Source: Alphaproteobacteria bacterium (GTDB lineage: Bacteria > Pseudomonadota > Alphaproteobacteria > MPNO01). From it: 64,000 nt of DNA. The stretch covers positions 1,120,001-1,184,000 of the forward strand of contig CBDFLJ010000001.1 of the NCBI GenBank assembly GCA_965248835.1. Direction: 5' to 3'. Below, piece after piece: positions 38,509-48,310 of the stretch (positions are counted from its first letter, which is position 1; every line of letters starts with the position of its first letter). Below the pieces are notes generated by a model. The model was not told the DNA's origin. It worked only from the letters and a program-made list of their open reading frames with translations, and did not search any database. A program made the position numbers and the translations under genes.

Positions 38509-39573
38509 ATGTTTCTGAGGAACTGCTGGTACGCCGCGACGTGGTCCAAGGATCTCGGCCGCGGCCCATTCGCCCGCACGCTGCTGAACGAGCCGGTGGT
38601 GATGTACCGCAAGGAAAACGGCGATCCGGTGGCGCTGGCCGACCGGTGCTGCCACCGCGCCGCGCCGCTCTCGCGCGGGGTCTGCGTCGGCGACCGCCTG
38701 GAATGCGGCTATCACGGCCTGCAATACGACCCCGACGGCACCGTGGCGGTGGTGCCGGGCCAGTCCAGCGTGCCGCCGGGCGCGGCGGTCAAGAGCTATC
38801 CGCTGCGCGAGAAATGGAACGTGGTGTGGATCTGGATGGGCGATCCGGGCGCGGTCGACGACGCGCTGATCCCCGATCTGTTCTGGCTCGACGATCCGGG
38901 ATGGATCGCGACACCGGGGTACTTCCACATGGCGGGCAACTATCAGCTCATCGTCGACAACCTGCTGGACCTGACCCATGTGGTCTATCTGCACAAGAAC
39001 ACGATCGCCGGCGATCCGGCCGAGGCGGTCACGCCGACCAGGACCGAACGGCTGGAGAACGGGGTGGCGGTGGGCCGCTGGATGATCGACATCGCCGCGC
39101 CGCCGCTGTTCGCGCAGGCCGGCGGGTTCGACACCAACGTCGATCGCTGGCAGCAGGTCACCTGGCGGCCGGCGGCGAACATCTTTCTCGATATCGGATG
39201 CGCAACCACCGGCACCGGCGCGCCCGAGGGCAACCGCAGCCATGGGATCTCGATCTGGTCGACCCATCTCGTGACCCCGGAGACCGAGACGACGACCTAT
39301 TACCACTGGGCCTACGCGCGCAACTTCAGGCTGGACGACCACGCGCTGACCAGGACGCTCTACGAGGGCTCGCGGGCGACGTTCTACGAGGACGTGGAGA
39401 TGATCGGCGCCCAGCAGCAGCGGCTGGGCGGGTCGCGCCTCGACGGGATGATCGACATCAACGCCGACAACGCCCAACTCCAGGCGCGATCGATGCTCGC
39501 AGAAATGATCCTTGCGGAATCGTCCCAACTTGCGAATGATACGGATGCGCGCCCCAGGACCGTGGCAAGGTGA
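38509..39573 (+). CDS. Rieske oxygenase, vanillate O-demethylase (VanA)-like
   Basis: MFLRNCWY, CCH...CGYH, DNLLDLTHVVYLH, ED..MI.AQQ. Confidence 0.88.
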   Translation: MFLRNCWYAATWSKDLGRGPFARTLLNEPVVMYRKENGDPVALADRCCHRAAPLSRGVCVGDRLECGYHGLQYDPDGTVAVVPGQSSVPPGAAVKSYPLREKWNVVWIWMGDPGAVDDALIPDLFWLDDPGWIATPGYFHMAGNYQLIVDNLLDLTHVVYLHKNTIAGDPAEAVTPTRTERLENGVAVGRWMIDIAAPPLFAQAGGFDTNVDRWQQVTWRPAANIFLDIGCATTGTGAPEGNRSHGISIWSTHLVTPETETTTYYHWAYARNFRLDDHALTRTLYEGSRATFYEDVEMIGAQQQRLGGSRLDGMIDINADNAQLQARSMLAEMILAESSQLANDTDARPRTVAR

Positions 39574-39690
39574 CGACGGTGTCGGATGCGCGATCGGGGC
39601 GTATGCGTGCCACTTTGAAAGCCAGTAGGCGAGGATTTGTGGCGCGGATCATGAGTGAATCCCCAGACTATCAGCTTGAAAGGAGCTGGA

Positions 39691-39900
39691 ATGCCGAACG
39701 GAACCGTTAAATGGTTCAACGCGACCAAAGGGTTTGGCTTCATCGTGCCCGACGACGGCACGAAGGACGCCTTCGTACACATCTCCGCGGTCGAGCGCGC
39801 CGGACTGTCCGGATTGCGTGAGGGCCAGAAGATTACCTATGAGCTTGTGACCGGACGCAACGGCCGCACCTCTGCGGAAAACCTGGTCGTCGAAGACTGA
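39691..39900 (+). CDS. Cold-shock protein (CspA family)
   Basis: GTVKWFN..KGFGFI and FVHISA RNP motifs; AAGGAG RBS. Confidence 0.95.
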   Translation: MPNGTVKWFNATKGFGFIVPDDGTKDAFVHISAVERAGLSGLREGQKITYELVTGRNGRTSAENLVVED

Positions 39901-40148
39901 TCGGGCCAGCCGGTCCAACCCCAGGCGCAACAGCGCCTTGCCGCCCCAAGGAGGCTAGACTCTCCGGCACAATGAAACTGCGATAGAAAACGCGGGCAGA
40001 TTGGCCCCGCGTCAGGGCGGCCAGACGATCTCTTTCGAGCCGATGTCGAACACCGGATCCCTGCCAACCGACGGATAGCGTGCGCTTTCCGTGAGGGGCG
40101 GTTTTGCCTTGCCCGGGCAGGCGACGGGGGTTCGCGCAGCCCGCTTGC

Positions 40149-41972
40149 CTATTTCAGGCGAGTCTGGACGTCGACCAGTGCCACGCCGCCGCGCCGGACC
40201 TCGGCCACGGCTTGTTTCATCGTGCCCGCGAGATCGCCCGGCTCGATGATCGGGCCCGCCCCCCAGGCGCCGTAGCCGCGCGCGATGGCCGCATAGTCGG
40301 GCTCGGGCGCGACCATCCGCTGACCGATCCAGGCATTCTCCACCGGGCGGCCGCGCTGTTCGGCGAGCGCGATCTGGTGCTCCTCGTCGTTGCCGAACGA
40401 GGTGTTGTTGTGCAGCACGATCAGCAGCGGCAAGCGGTAGTGACAGGCGGTCCACAGCGCACACGGGTTCATGGTGAAGTCGCCGTCGCCGAGGATCGCT
40501 ACCGTCATCTTGCCGGTGTCCTTCAGCGCCAGCGCCGCGCCGACCACGCCGCCCGGACCATAGCCCACGCCGCCGCCGCCGTTATGGCCCAGCAGCCGGC
40601 CCGAACCGGGGAAATCCCAGATCCCCTCGTACCAGCTACGCCCGTTGCGGGCGACCAGCACCCAATCCTCCTCGCGGACGGCCTGCCAGACCTCCGACAT
40701 CATGCGCGGCACCGTGATCGGGACGTCGTCCCAGTCTTCCTGGACGCGGGCGCGCTGGGCCTCGCGTATCCCCTCCTGGCGGACGGCAAGCGCCGCCCGC
40801 CTGGCGTGCGCACGCTCGACCCACACCGGTGCGCCCGCAGCGCGGCGCTTGAGCTCGGTGAGTAGCTGGCCCAGCCCGTGGACCGGATCGGCCAGCAGCA
40901 GCACGTCGGCCGGGGAGCCGGCGCCGCCGGCGTTCGACCAGTGATCGACCGCGAGGTCGTTGACCGACAGGTCGATCACCTTGCGCGTGCCCGTGGTGGC
41001 GTTGCGCGTGTCACCCCGCGCGCCGGCATAGCCGCCAGTCAACGCGGTCAAATCGGGGCAGTCGATGCCGAGCACGACATCGGACTGGCTGCGGATCTCA
41101 TCGCGCGGGCCGCGGTAGCCCGGGTTCAGGTTCTGCGGATGGGCGGTGGGCACGCAGACGATGTCGGTGCCGTCCTGGTAAGCCGCCCCGAGAAGCTCGA
41201 TGAGCTCGACCAGGGGACGGTCAATGCCCTCCTTGCGGCCGAACCGGCCGCCGAAGACCAGCGGGCAGGCAGCCTCGACCAACAGGTCGGCCGCGGCCTC
41301 GACCGCCTCGGCCGGGGCGGCGAGTGGCGGCGCCGGCCGATAGCGCGGCAGCCCGACATCGGGCAGGTCGGGGATGCTAGCGAGCTTCGCCTCCTGCAGC
41401 CCCGCGTCGATCGAGACGTAGGTAGGCCTGGTCGGTGCGCTCTCGGCGATGCGGCGGGCACGCAGGATCGAATCCAGCGCCGCGGCCAGGCTCGGCGGCT
41501 CGTCGGTCCATTTGGTGTAGGGCCTGACGGCCTCGCACTGGGTGTTGGCCGAATGCAGCCAGTCGATCGCCCGGCGATCGGCCGGATCGATCGGCCCGGA
41601 GCCGCCCAGCACCAGGATCGGCACCTCGTCGCACCAGGCGTTGTAGAAGGCCATCATCGCGTGCTGCAGCCCGACCAGGTCGTGCAGGACGACCAGGCTC
41701 GCCTTGCCGGTGACCTTGCTGTAGCCCTGCGCCATGTGCAGCGCCACCTCCTCGGCGCCGCACAGGATGATCTGCGGCCGGGTGTTGCGGGTGTAGTTGA
41801 CCAGCGAGTCGTGCAGCCCGCGGAAGCTCGAACCCGGCGTCAGCATCACGTACTCGAAGCCCATCGCCTGGATCAGGTCGCAGATCACATCCGAGCCGTA
41901 CTCGGCATCCATCCGGTTGCGCGGCAGGTTGACCGGTGCCTCGGATTGAAAGTTCGCCCGTCCCTGATCCAT
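40149..41972 (-). CDS. Thiamine pyrophosphate-binding enzyme (benzoylformate decarboxylase-like)
   Basis: PGSSFRGLHDSLVN, conserved Glu (AEE), TPP motif GDGD...NN. Confidence 0.87.
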   Translation of the reverse strand: MDQGRANFQSEAPVNLPRNRMDAEYGSDVICDLIQAMGFEYVMLTPGSSFRGLHDSLVNYTRNTRPQIILCGAEEVALHMAQGYSKVTGKASLVVLHDLVGLQHAMMAFYNAWCDEVPILVLGGSGPIDPADRRAIDWLHSANTQCEAVRPYTKWTDEPPSLAAALDSILRARRIAESAPTRPTYVSIDAGLQEAKLASIPDLPDVGLPRYRPAPPLAAPAEAVEAAADLLVEAACPLVFGGRFGRKEGIDRPLVELIELLGAAYQDGTDIVCVPTAHPQNLNPGYRGPRDEIRSQSDVVLGIDCPDLTALTGGYAGARGDTRNATTGTRKVIDLSVNDLAVDHWSNAGGAGSPADVLLLADPVHGLGQLLTELKRRAAGAPVWVERAHARRAALAVRQEGIREAQRARVQEDWDDVPITVPRMMSEVWQAVREEDWVLVARNGRSWYEGIWDFPGSGRLLGHNGGGGVGYGPGGVVGAALALKDTGKMTVAILGDGDFTMNPCALWTACHYRLPLLIVLHNNTSFGNDEEHQIALAEQRGRPVENAWIGQRMVAPEPDYAAIARGYGAWGAGPIIEPGDLAGTMKQAVAEVRRGGVALVDVQTRLK

Positions 41973-42058
41973 CGCCTGTGCTCTTTCCTCGCGCCGGTTC
42001 GGTGCGGTCAGTGTGGCCATCCCGGGCCGGGCTGCCAAGCGCCGGTCCGGGCGATCGG

Positions 42059-42979
42059 CTATGGCCGGCCGGTGACCGCCTCGATCGCGGCGAGATCCGC
42101 TTCGGTCATCCGCCACGCCGCCGCCCGCGCGTTGCGGACCGCCTGTTCGGGCGTTCGCGCGCCGGCGATGACGCTGGAGACGCCCGGGCGCTCGGCGAGC
42201 CAGGAGATGGCGAGGTCGAGCAGGTCGTAGCCCCGGTCGCGGGCGATCCGCGCAAGCGCCTCGAGGATGTCGAACGTCGCATCGTTCAGCCCGCCGCGCC
42301 CGCCGCTGCCCAGCCTGGTGCCGGCCGGCGGTCGGACGCCGCGGCGGTACTTGCCGGTCAGAATGCCGTTGGCCAGCGGATAGTAGGGCAGCAGGCCCAC
42401 GCCGGCCGCCACGCAGGCCGGCAGCAGATCCGCCTCGATGCCGCGGTCGAGCAGGCTGTAGGCGTTCTGCGCGGTGACGAAGCGGGCAAGCCCGCGCTCG
42501 CCCGAGACCCGATGGGCGGCGCGGAGCTGGTCGGCGGAGAAGTTCGAGCAGCCGATCCAGCGCACCTTGCCGTCGCTCACCAGCCGGTCCATCGCCGCCA
42601 GCGTCTCTTCGATCGGCGTACCCGGATCGGGGCGGTGGATCTGGTAGAGATCGACGTAATCGGTGCGGAGCCGGCGCAGGCTCGCCTCGAGCGCGCCGGC
42701 TATGCGCGCTGGCGTCGCACGGCCGGACAGGCCGAACTTGGTGGCGATCTGGACCCGCGGCCGGCGCGCGCCCAAGGCCCGGCCGATGAAGTCCTCGGAC
42801 TCGCCGTTGCCGTAGGCCTCGGCGGTATCGAAGAAGGTGATGCCGGCATCGATGGCCGCATCGATCACCGCCGCAGAGCCGCGCGCATCCAGGCGCCGGC
42901 CGAAATTGTTGCATCCGATCCCGACGGCCGAGACCTCGAGACCGCAGATGTCGGCCCGTGCCAGGGTCTTTCGCCGCAT
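42059..42979 (-). CDS. Aldo/keto reductase
   Basis: FFDTAEAYG, ATKFG, SLRRLRTDYVDLYQIH, IGCSN, PYYPLANG. Confidence 0.92.
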   Translation of the reverse strand: MRRKTLARADICGLEVSAVGIGCNNFGRRLDARGSAAVIDAAIDAGITFFDTAEAYGNGESEDFIGRALGARRPRVQIATKFGLSGRATPARIAGALEASLRRLRTDYVDLYQIHRPDPGTPIEETLAAMDRLVSDGKVRWIGCSNFSADQLRAAHRVSGERGLARFVTAQNAYSLLDRGIEADLLPACVAAGVGLLPYYPLANGILTGKYRRGVRPPAGTRLGSGGRGGLNDATFDILEALARIARDRGYDLLDLAISWLAERPGVSSVIAGARTPEQAVRNARAAAWRMTEADLAAIEAVTGRP

Positions 42980-43054
42980 AGCCGGTTCCCTATAGTGATC
43001 ACCCCAGGGGCCGAAAACACGACCCACGCCGGGCAATCATCATAGGAGCCCACG

Positions 43055-43480
43055 ATGGCCAAATCGATCGAGCACGTGCATTGGCCGGACGCGCCGGACA
43101 TGTGGATGCCCTACGCGCCGGCGATCACCGTCCAGGGCGGCAAGACGGTTTTCCTTGCCGGGGTGACCGCCGCGCCGGTCTACCACCACCATCCGCACCG
43201 GCCCGAGGAGTTCGACTCCATGCCGACCGACATGGAGGGTCAGGCCCGCGTGGCGATGGACAACCTCAAGCGCAGTCTCGATTCGGTCGGCGGTAGCTTC
43301 GGCGATATCGTCAGCGCCAACCGGTTCGTGACCGACCTCAGCGATCAGGACGCGCTGAACCGCGTCTGGGCGGAATATTTCGGCGACAACAAGCCGACCA
43401 CGACCACGGTCCAGGTGGTCCAGCTCGCCACCGATCCGCGCTGCATGCTCGAGGTCAACGCCGTCGCCGTGCTCGACTGA
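43055..43480 (+). CDS. RidA/YjgF family protein
   Basis: YAPA, VFLAG, QARVAMDN, LEVNAVA; the catalytic-Arg position reads T (KPTTT), so not canonical RidA. Confidence 0.82.
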   Translation: MAKSIEHVHWPDAPDMWMPYAPAITVQGGKTVFLAGVTAAPVYHHHPHRPEEFDSMPTDMEGQARVAMDNLKRSLDSVGGSFGDIVSANRFVTDLSDQDALNRVWAEYFGDNKPTTTTVQVVQLATDPRCMLEVNAVAVLD

Positions 43481-43481
43481 C

Positions 43482-44180
43482 TTGATTATCGCCTACGGCT
43501 GCAGCCGCTGGCGGGAGGACTGGATCCGTCCCGGCACCGACGGCGCGCCGGTATGCGTCGTCCCCCACGTGGTTACCGACGGGCTGGACGCCGGCCGGCT
43601 GCGGCTGCAGGACGGCCAGTACGCCTTCCCGAGCGCGCCGCCGCCGGGATTGGACGTCCCCGGGCAGCTCGCCTTCGTCGAGCGCTATCTGGTCTCGCGC
43701 GCAGATCCCTGGTCGAAGACCCAGGCACGCCTGATCGGCCTCTATTTCGCCCAGGTCCGCGCGCGGATCGAGGATGCAGCCGATGAACTCCGCGGCACGC
43801 TCGGCCCGCTGGCGGCGGTGTTCGACCACCGCGCGTTCGTCTTCGCGGCACCGCGCCCCCTGCCGCGCGCCTATCCCGTGCTGCCGGACGGCGGCCGAAT
43901 AGGGCTGCATTGCGCCTTCTGGACCGCCGGCGCCCTGACGGCGATCGAGCTGGTCGGCCGCGACACTGCCGATCCGGCGCGCCTCGCCGGGCTACGGCGC
44001 CTGGAAGAGACCGGCGCCACGGTCATCCGGCTGGACGCCGAGACGCTCGGCGAGAACGGCCTGCCGGAGCTGTTCCCCCGCTTCTGGGACGGCATCCCCA
44101 TCCCGTCAGGTCCGTTCAAGGCACGCGGCATCGCAGCCTTCGCCGTCCCGGGATTTCACAGCTCGAGCTCCAGGATGTAG
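43482..44180 (+). CDS. Hypothetical protein
   Basis: Fills the gap between the Rid gene and the convergent LVIVD gene; TTG start 1 bp after the upstream stop; protein-like composition; no motif recognised. Confidence 0.6.
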   Translation: MIIAYGCSRWREDWIRPGTDGAPVCVVPHVVTDGLDAGRLRLQDGQYAFPSAPPPGLDVPGQLAFVERYLVSRADPWSKTQARLIGLYFAQVRARIEDAADELRGTLGPLAAVFDHRAFVFAAPRPLPRAYPVLPDGGRIGLHCAFWTAGALTAIELVGRDTADPARLAGLRRLEETGATVIRLDAETLGENGLPELFPRFWDGIPIPSGPFKARGIAAFAVPGFHSSSSRM

Positions 44181-45388
44181 AGGCCGCCGGTGAAGCGGTC
44201 GACGGCGTAGACCAGCCCATTCTCGTCGACGAAGACATCGTTGATCTGCACGGCGCCGGCGCGGCTGCCCTCGGGCGTCGCCGGGACGTAATAGGCGACC
44301 TCCTCGGGGCGGTAGGGGTCGGTGATGTCGTGCACCCGGACACCGCCGTTGAAGTAGGTGCCGAAGATCAGGCTGCTGGACCGGAAGGCGCCGGGCTGGT
44401 TTTCGTGCAGGTTGTGCGAGCCGTAGCGTCCGCCGCGCGAGCCGTACTCCTCGACCGGCGGCAGCGGCAGGGTCGAGATCGGCACCAGATTGGTCTCATC
44501 GCGCGCATCGACGACCCAGGTGAGCTTGGGCCAGTCCTCACCGCCGTCGCGGATGCACTCGTCGGCGACGATCAGGAGCTCGCGATCGAAGATCGGCAGC
44601 ACCGTGTGGCTGAACCCGGTATGGGGCGGGTGCGGGTTCCAGCTCCCGACCACCGTCGGGTTGGCCATGTTGGCGATGTCGAGGATGAAGACCCCGCCGT
44701 CGATATAGGCGAGATAGACCCTGTCGGGGCGTTCGGGATAGACGTTGGTGTTGTGCGCCCGGAAACCCATGTCGAACCGCGGATGGCGCTTGGGCGGCGG
44801 CGCGTCGTCGCCCACCCGCGTGCCCGGCAGCCACCAGCGGCCGACCTCGACCGGCCGCGTCGGATCGCCGACATCGATCGAGCGGTAGAACTGGCAGTCA
44901 CTGGGGTTGGCGGGCTCGAAATCCGGCGCCCCACCGGCGAAGTGGATGTATTTGCCATCGGCGAACCAGAGCTGATGGACGCCCATCGAGCCCGGCCCGG
45001 AACAGTCGTAGAAGGCGATCGAGCGCGGCGATTCGGGCGTTGCGACGTCGAAGATCTCGATGCCGGCGGGCTCCATGCCGAGCCCCGGATCGGCGAGCCC
45101 GCCGGGACCGCGGGTCTGATAGGCGACCGCCAGAATATCACCCACCAGATCGAGCGAGTTCGAGCGCATCTGGTTGTGCGCCAGATCGGTCTGGACGACG
45201 AGTTTGGGTCTGGCCGGGTCGGTGACATCGACGCCGGTGAAATTCTTCGGCGGCCCCTCGTGGGCGAGCCACATGATGCGCCGTCCGCCCGATGCGTGCT
45301 GGATCACCATCCCCTCGCCCATGCCGCCCCAGCCGTCGAGCCGGTCGTGGGCGACAAGCCTCATGTTGCGCGCCTCGTCCCGTTCCAT
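44156..45388 (-). CDS. LVIVD-repeat beta-propeller protein
   Basis: Repeated units VDVTDPARP, IFDVATPESP, IDVGDPTRP, ILDIANMANP, VHDITDPYRP. Confidence 0.85.
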   Translation of the reverse strand: MERDEARNMRLVAHDRLDGWGGMGEGMVIQHASGGRRIMWLAHEGPPKNFTGVDVTDPARPKLVVQTDLAHNQMRSNSLDLVGDILAVAYQTRGPGGLADPGLGMEPAGIEIFDVATPESPRSIAFYDCSGPGSMGVHQLWFADGKYIHFAGGAPDFEPANPSDCQFYRSIDVGDPTRPVEVGRWWLPGTRVGDDAPPPKRHPRFDMGFRAHNTNVYPERPDRVYLAYIDGGVFILDIANMANPTVVGSWNPHPPHTGFSHTVLPIFDRELLIVADECIRDGGEDWPKLTWVVDARDETNLVPISTLPLPPVEEYGSRGGRYGSHNLHENQPGAFRSSSLIFGTYFNGGVRVHDITDPYRPEEVAYYVPATPEGSRAGAVQINDVFVDENGLVYAVDRFTGGLYILELEL

Positions 45389-46333
45389 TCATCCCTCCGC
45401 GTCGATCGCGCCGGCCGCTTCCAGCGCATGGTGGAGATCGAGCGCCCCGATCCCCTTGGTGATCACCACCAGTCTGGTCTCGGGCCGGCCGTCGGGCCAG
45501 CCCTCGAGAACTTCCGGGGCGTGCAGCACGTGATGGACCGCATTGACCACGACCGGCCGGTCCTGTCCGCGCACCCGGACGATCCCCTTGATCCGCAGCA
45601 CATCGGCGCCGCGCAGCGAGGTCAGCGCATCCAGCCAGCGCACCAGGCCCTGCCATTCGAGCGGCCGGGCGATGACCAGACAATGCGCCTTGATGTCCGG
45701 TGCGTGGCCGAGTGCTGGAGGCACCGCCAGGCCAGGCGGCGGTGAGCGGTCGCCGAGCAGCGTCGCCGCCTCGACATCTTCTGCGTCCAGGATCGGCACG
45801 GTCGGGTTGACCGCCCGAAGCCGCGCGGTCACGCCGTCCGCCGGGCCGGCGAGATCGCGCTTGCTCAGCACGATCCGGTCGGCGAACGCGGCCTGGCGGG
45901 CCGCTTCAGGCCAGTTTGCGAGCTGATCGGCGCCATGGACGGCATCGACCACCGTGGTCACCGTGCCGGCGCGGTAGCGCCCGACCAGCGCGGGATCGGT
46001 CATCAACGTCTGCAGCACCGGGCCGGGATCGGCCAGGCCGGTCGTCTCCAGCAGAACCCGCGAGAACCGCGGCACGGCGCCGGCCGCTCTGCGCCCGGCG
46101 AGGTCCGACAGCGCATCGACCAGGTCTCCCCGGACCGCGCAGCACACACAGCCAGAGCGGAGCACCATCAGGTCCTCCTCGGCCGCGGTGACCAGCGCGT
46201 GGTCGATCGCGACCGCGCCGAACTCGTTGACCACCACCGCGCTGTCGCCTGCCGCCGGATCGCGCAGCAGGCGGTTGAGCAGCGTCGTCTTGCCGCTGCC
46301 CAGAAACCCGGTGATGAGGTGAACCGGGATCAC
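45389..46333 (-). CDS. COG0523/CobW family metallochaperone GTPase
   Basis: TGFLGSGKTT, NEFG, GCVCC, ETTGLADP, SKRD, LRIKG; GTG start overlaps the upstream stop. Confidence 0.92.
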   Translation of the reverse strand: MIPVHLITGFLGSGKTTLLNRLLRDPAAGDSAVVVNEFGAVAIDHALVTAAEEDLMVLRSGCVCCAVRGDLVDALSDLAGRRAAGAVPRFSRVLLETTGLADPGPVLQTLMTDPALVGRYRAGTVTTVVDAVHGADQLANWPEAARQAAFADRIVLSKRDLAGPADGVTARLRAVNPTVPILDAEDVEAATLLGDRSPPPGLAVPPALGHAPDIKAHCLVIARPLEWQGLVRWLDALTSLRGADVLRIKGIVRVRGQDRPVVVNAVHHVLHAPEVLEGWPDGRPETRLVVITKGIGALDLHHALEAAGAIDAEG

Positions 46334-47169
46334 GCCGCGTCGAGGACCAGCCCGGCGAGCCGCTCGTGGGTGGTGATCCACGCCCAGTCGAGCGCCTTGA
46401 CCATCTCGATCGCGGCCTTGAACTCGATCGCTCCGGACGGGCGGCCGAAGACGTGGGCGTGCGCGGTCACGTCGAGGCTGGCATGGGGCCGGCCGATCCC
46501 GGCCCAACCATCGAGGATGCGCTTGAGCGTGGCGGTGAACGCCGCGGGCTCGTTGCCGTAGCGCATGGTGATCGGCAGGTCGTTGACTTCCATGGTGAAC
46601 GGCACGCCGGCAAGCCGGCCGGAAGGCGTTTCGATCACATAGGGAAGATCGGCATCGAACACGTCGGCAGTCCAGTGGAAGCCGTGCGTGGCCAACAGCT
46701 CCAGCGTGTTCGCGGAATTGGTCCCCCGCGGGCTGATAAAGCCATATGGCCGCTTGCCGAAGCATTCCCGGAAGGCGTCGATGCCGCGGACCAGATCGGC
46801 CTCTTCGTCGGCCCGGTCCTGGTAGACCGGCAACAGGTCCTGCGCCCAGGCGTGGGCGGCGATCGGATGGCCGTCCCGATCGATCCGGTGCAGCAGGTCC
46901 GGCCAGCGCAGGGCGATGATGCCGCTGGCATAGACGCTGCACGCAATGCCCGCCGCGGCGATGATATCGAGCAGCCGCCAGGCGCCCTCGGTCATGCCGT
47001 AGCGCGCCCAGGACCGGGCCTGGGTGTCGAGGAAACCCGGTTTCAGCGGGTTGCCCATCGGCCCGACGCCGGGCGCGGCATCGTCGGTCCAGGCCTCGCA
47101 CATGATGTGAAAGCACACCGCCAGCGGCCGATCGGCCGGCCATCCGGGCGGCGGCGCGTTGCGGGCCAT
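46330..47169 (-). CDS. Polysaccharide deacetylase-fold protein (PuuE allantoinase-like)
   Basis: WP....LAV, SW.RYG..EG.WRLL, AHAWAQD, DADLPY, VPFTMEVND, HAHVFGRP. Confidence 0.8.
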   Translation of the reverse strand: MARNAPPPGWPADRPLAVCFHIMCEAWTDDAAPGVGPMGNPLKPGFLDTQARSWARYGMTEGAWRLLDIIAAAGIACSVYASGIIALRWPDLLHRIDRDGHPIAAHAWAQDLLPVYQDRADEEADLVRGIDAFRECFGKRPYGFISPRGTNSANTLELLATHGFHWTADVFDADLPYVIETPSGRLAGVPFTMEVNDLPITMRYGNEPAAFTATLKRILDGWAGIGRPHASLDVTAHAHVFGRPSGAIEFKAAIEMVKALDWAWITTHERLAGLVLDAA

Positions 47170-47228
47170 TAAAACGCTCCCGATTCCGGTGAAACCGGGA
47201 GCATTGTTTCATCCTTGGCCGGAGGGTT

Positions 47229-47282
47229 CAAATCGGCCGCCCAGGCAAACCCGCGCGCCGGTTTGCCTGGGCGGCCGATTTG
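47229..47282. repeat. Perfect 23-bp inverted repeat with 8-nt loop
   Basis: CAAATCGGCCGCCCAGGCAAACC (47229-47251) / GGTTTGCCTGGGCGGCCGATTTG (47260-47282). Confidence 0.95.
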
Positions 47283-47320
47283 CCTAGGCTGCGAGGGTTG
47301 CCCGTGGGGAGCGGAGGACG

Positions 47321-48301
47321 ATGGACGGAAAGATCGCGCTGGAGGAACATTTCGCGTTGGAGGAGACTTGGCGCGAGTCGGTACCGCCCGGCCTGCCCGC
47401 AAAGCTGACCGGCCATCTCCGCGCCCGCCTGCTAGACTTCCACGACCAGCGGCTGCGCGACATGGATGCGACCGGTATCGAGCTCGCGATCCTGTCGATG
47501 AACGCGCCCACCGTCCAAGGCGTGCCGGAGACCGAAGCGGCGATCGCGCTGGCCAGGAAGTCCAACGACGTCCTGGCCGAGGAAATCGCCCGGCGGCCCG
47601 ACCGTTTCGCCGGCTTCGCGGCGCTGCCGATGCAGGACCCCGACGCGGCAGCGGCCGAGCTGAGCCGCTGTATCGGCGAGCTCGGCTTCAAGGGCGCGAT
47701 GGTCAACGGATTCACCCAGAAGGACGAGCCCGGATCTGCGGTCTACTACGATATCGCGGCGTACCGGCCGTTCTGGGCCACCGTCGAGGCGCTCGGGATG
47801 CCGTTCTACATGCACCCGCGGATGCAGATCCCGTCCCGCGCCGAGGACTATGGCGGCCAGATGTGGACCATGGGAGCGTCCTGGGGGTTCGCGCGCGAGA
47901 CATCGATCCATGCGCTGCGGCTGATCGGCTCCGGGCTGTTCGACGAATTTCCCGGCCTCCAGATCGTGCTGGGCCATCTCGGCGAGCGCATCCCCTTCGA
48001 CATGTGGCGGATCGATGCGCGGGTGAAGGTCATGCCCTTCGACTATGCCGCCAAGCGGGCCGTGAGCGCGTATCTGCGCGAGAACTTCCACTTCACCACG
48101 TCGGGAAACTTCAGCGATCCGGCGTTTCAGTGCACGCTGGCGGAGATCGGGCCGGAGCGGGTGATGTTCTCGATCGATTATCCGTTCGAGGACATGGCGC
48201 CGGGCGCGGCGTGGTTCGACGAAACCGCGTTGTCGGATACCGACCGGCTGAAGATCGGCCGCACCAACGCGATCGCGCTGTTCAAGCTGGATCTCGAATA
48301 G
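47321..48301 (+). CDS. Amidohydrolase_2 decarboxylase, gamma-resorcylate decarboxylase-like, copy 1
   Basis: GKIALEEHF, FAALPMQDP, FYMHPR, GHLGE, TTSGNF, FSIDYPFE. Confidence 0.88.
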   Translation: MDGKIALEEHFALEETWRESVPPGLPAKLTGHLRARLLDFHDQRLRDMDATGIELAILSMNAPTVQGVPETEAAIALARKSNDVLAEEIARRPDRFAGFAALPMQDPDAAAAELSRCIGELGFKGAMVNGFTQKDEPGSAVYYDIAAYRPFWATVEALGMPFYMHPRMQIPSRAEDYGGQMWTMGASWGFARETSIHALRLIGSGLFDEFPGLQIVLGHLGERIPFDMWRIDARVKVMPFDYAAKRAVSAYLRENFHFTTSGNFSDPAFQCTLAEIGPERVMFSIDYPFEDMAPGAAWFDETALSDTDRLKIGRTNAIALFKLDLE

Positions 48302-48310
48302 GCCGGATCA

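Noticed and set aside
39901-40148. Structured ncRNA or gene remnant downstream of the cold-shock gene
   Set aside because: Only short GC hairpins expected by chance; no recognisable RNA family or convincing ORF.
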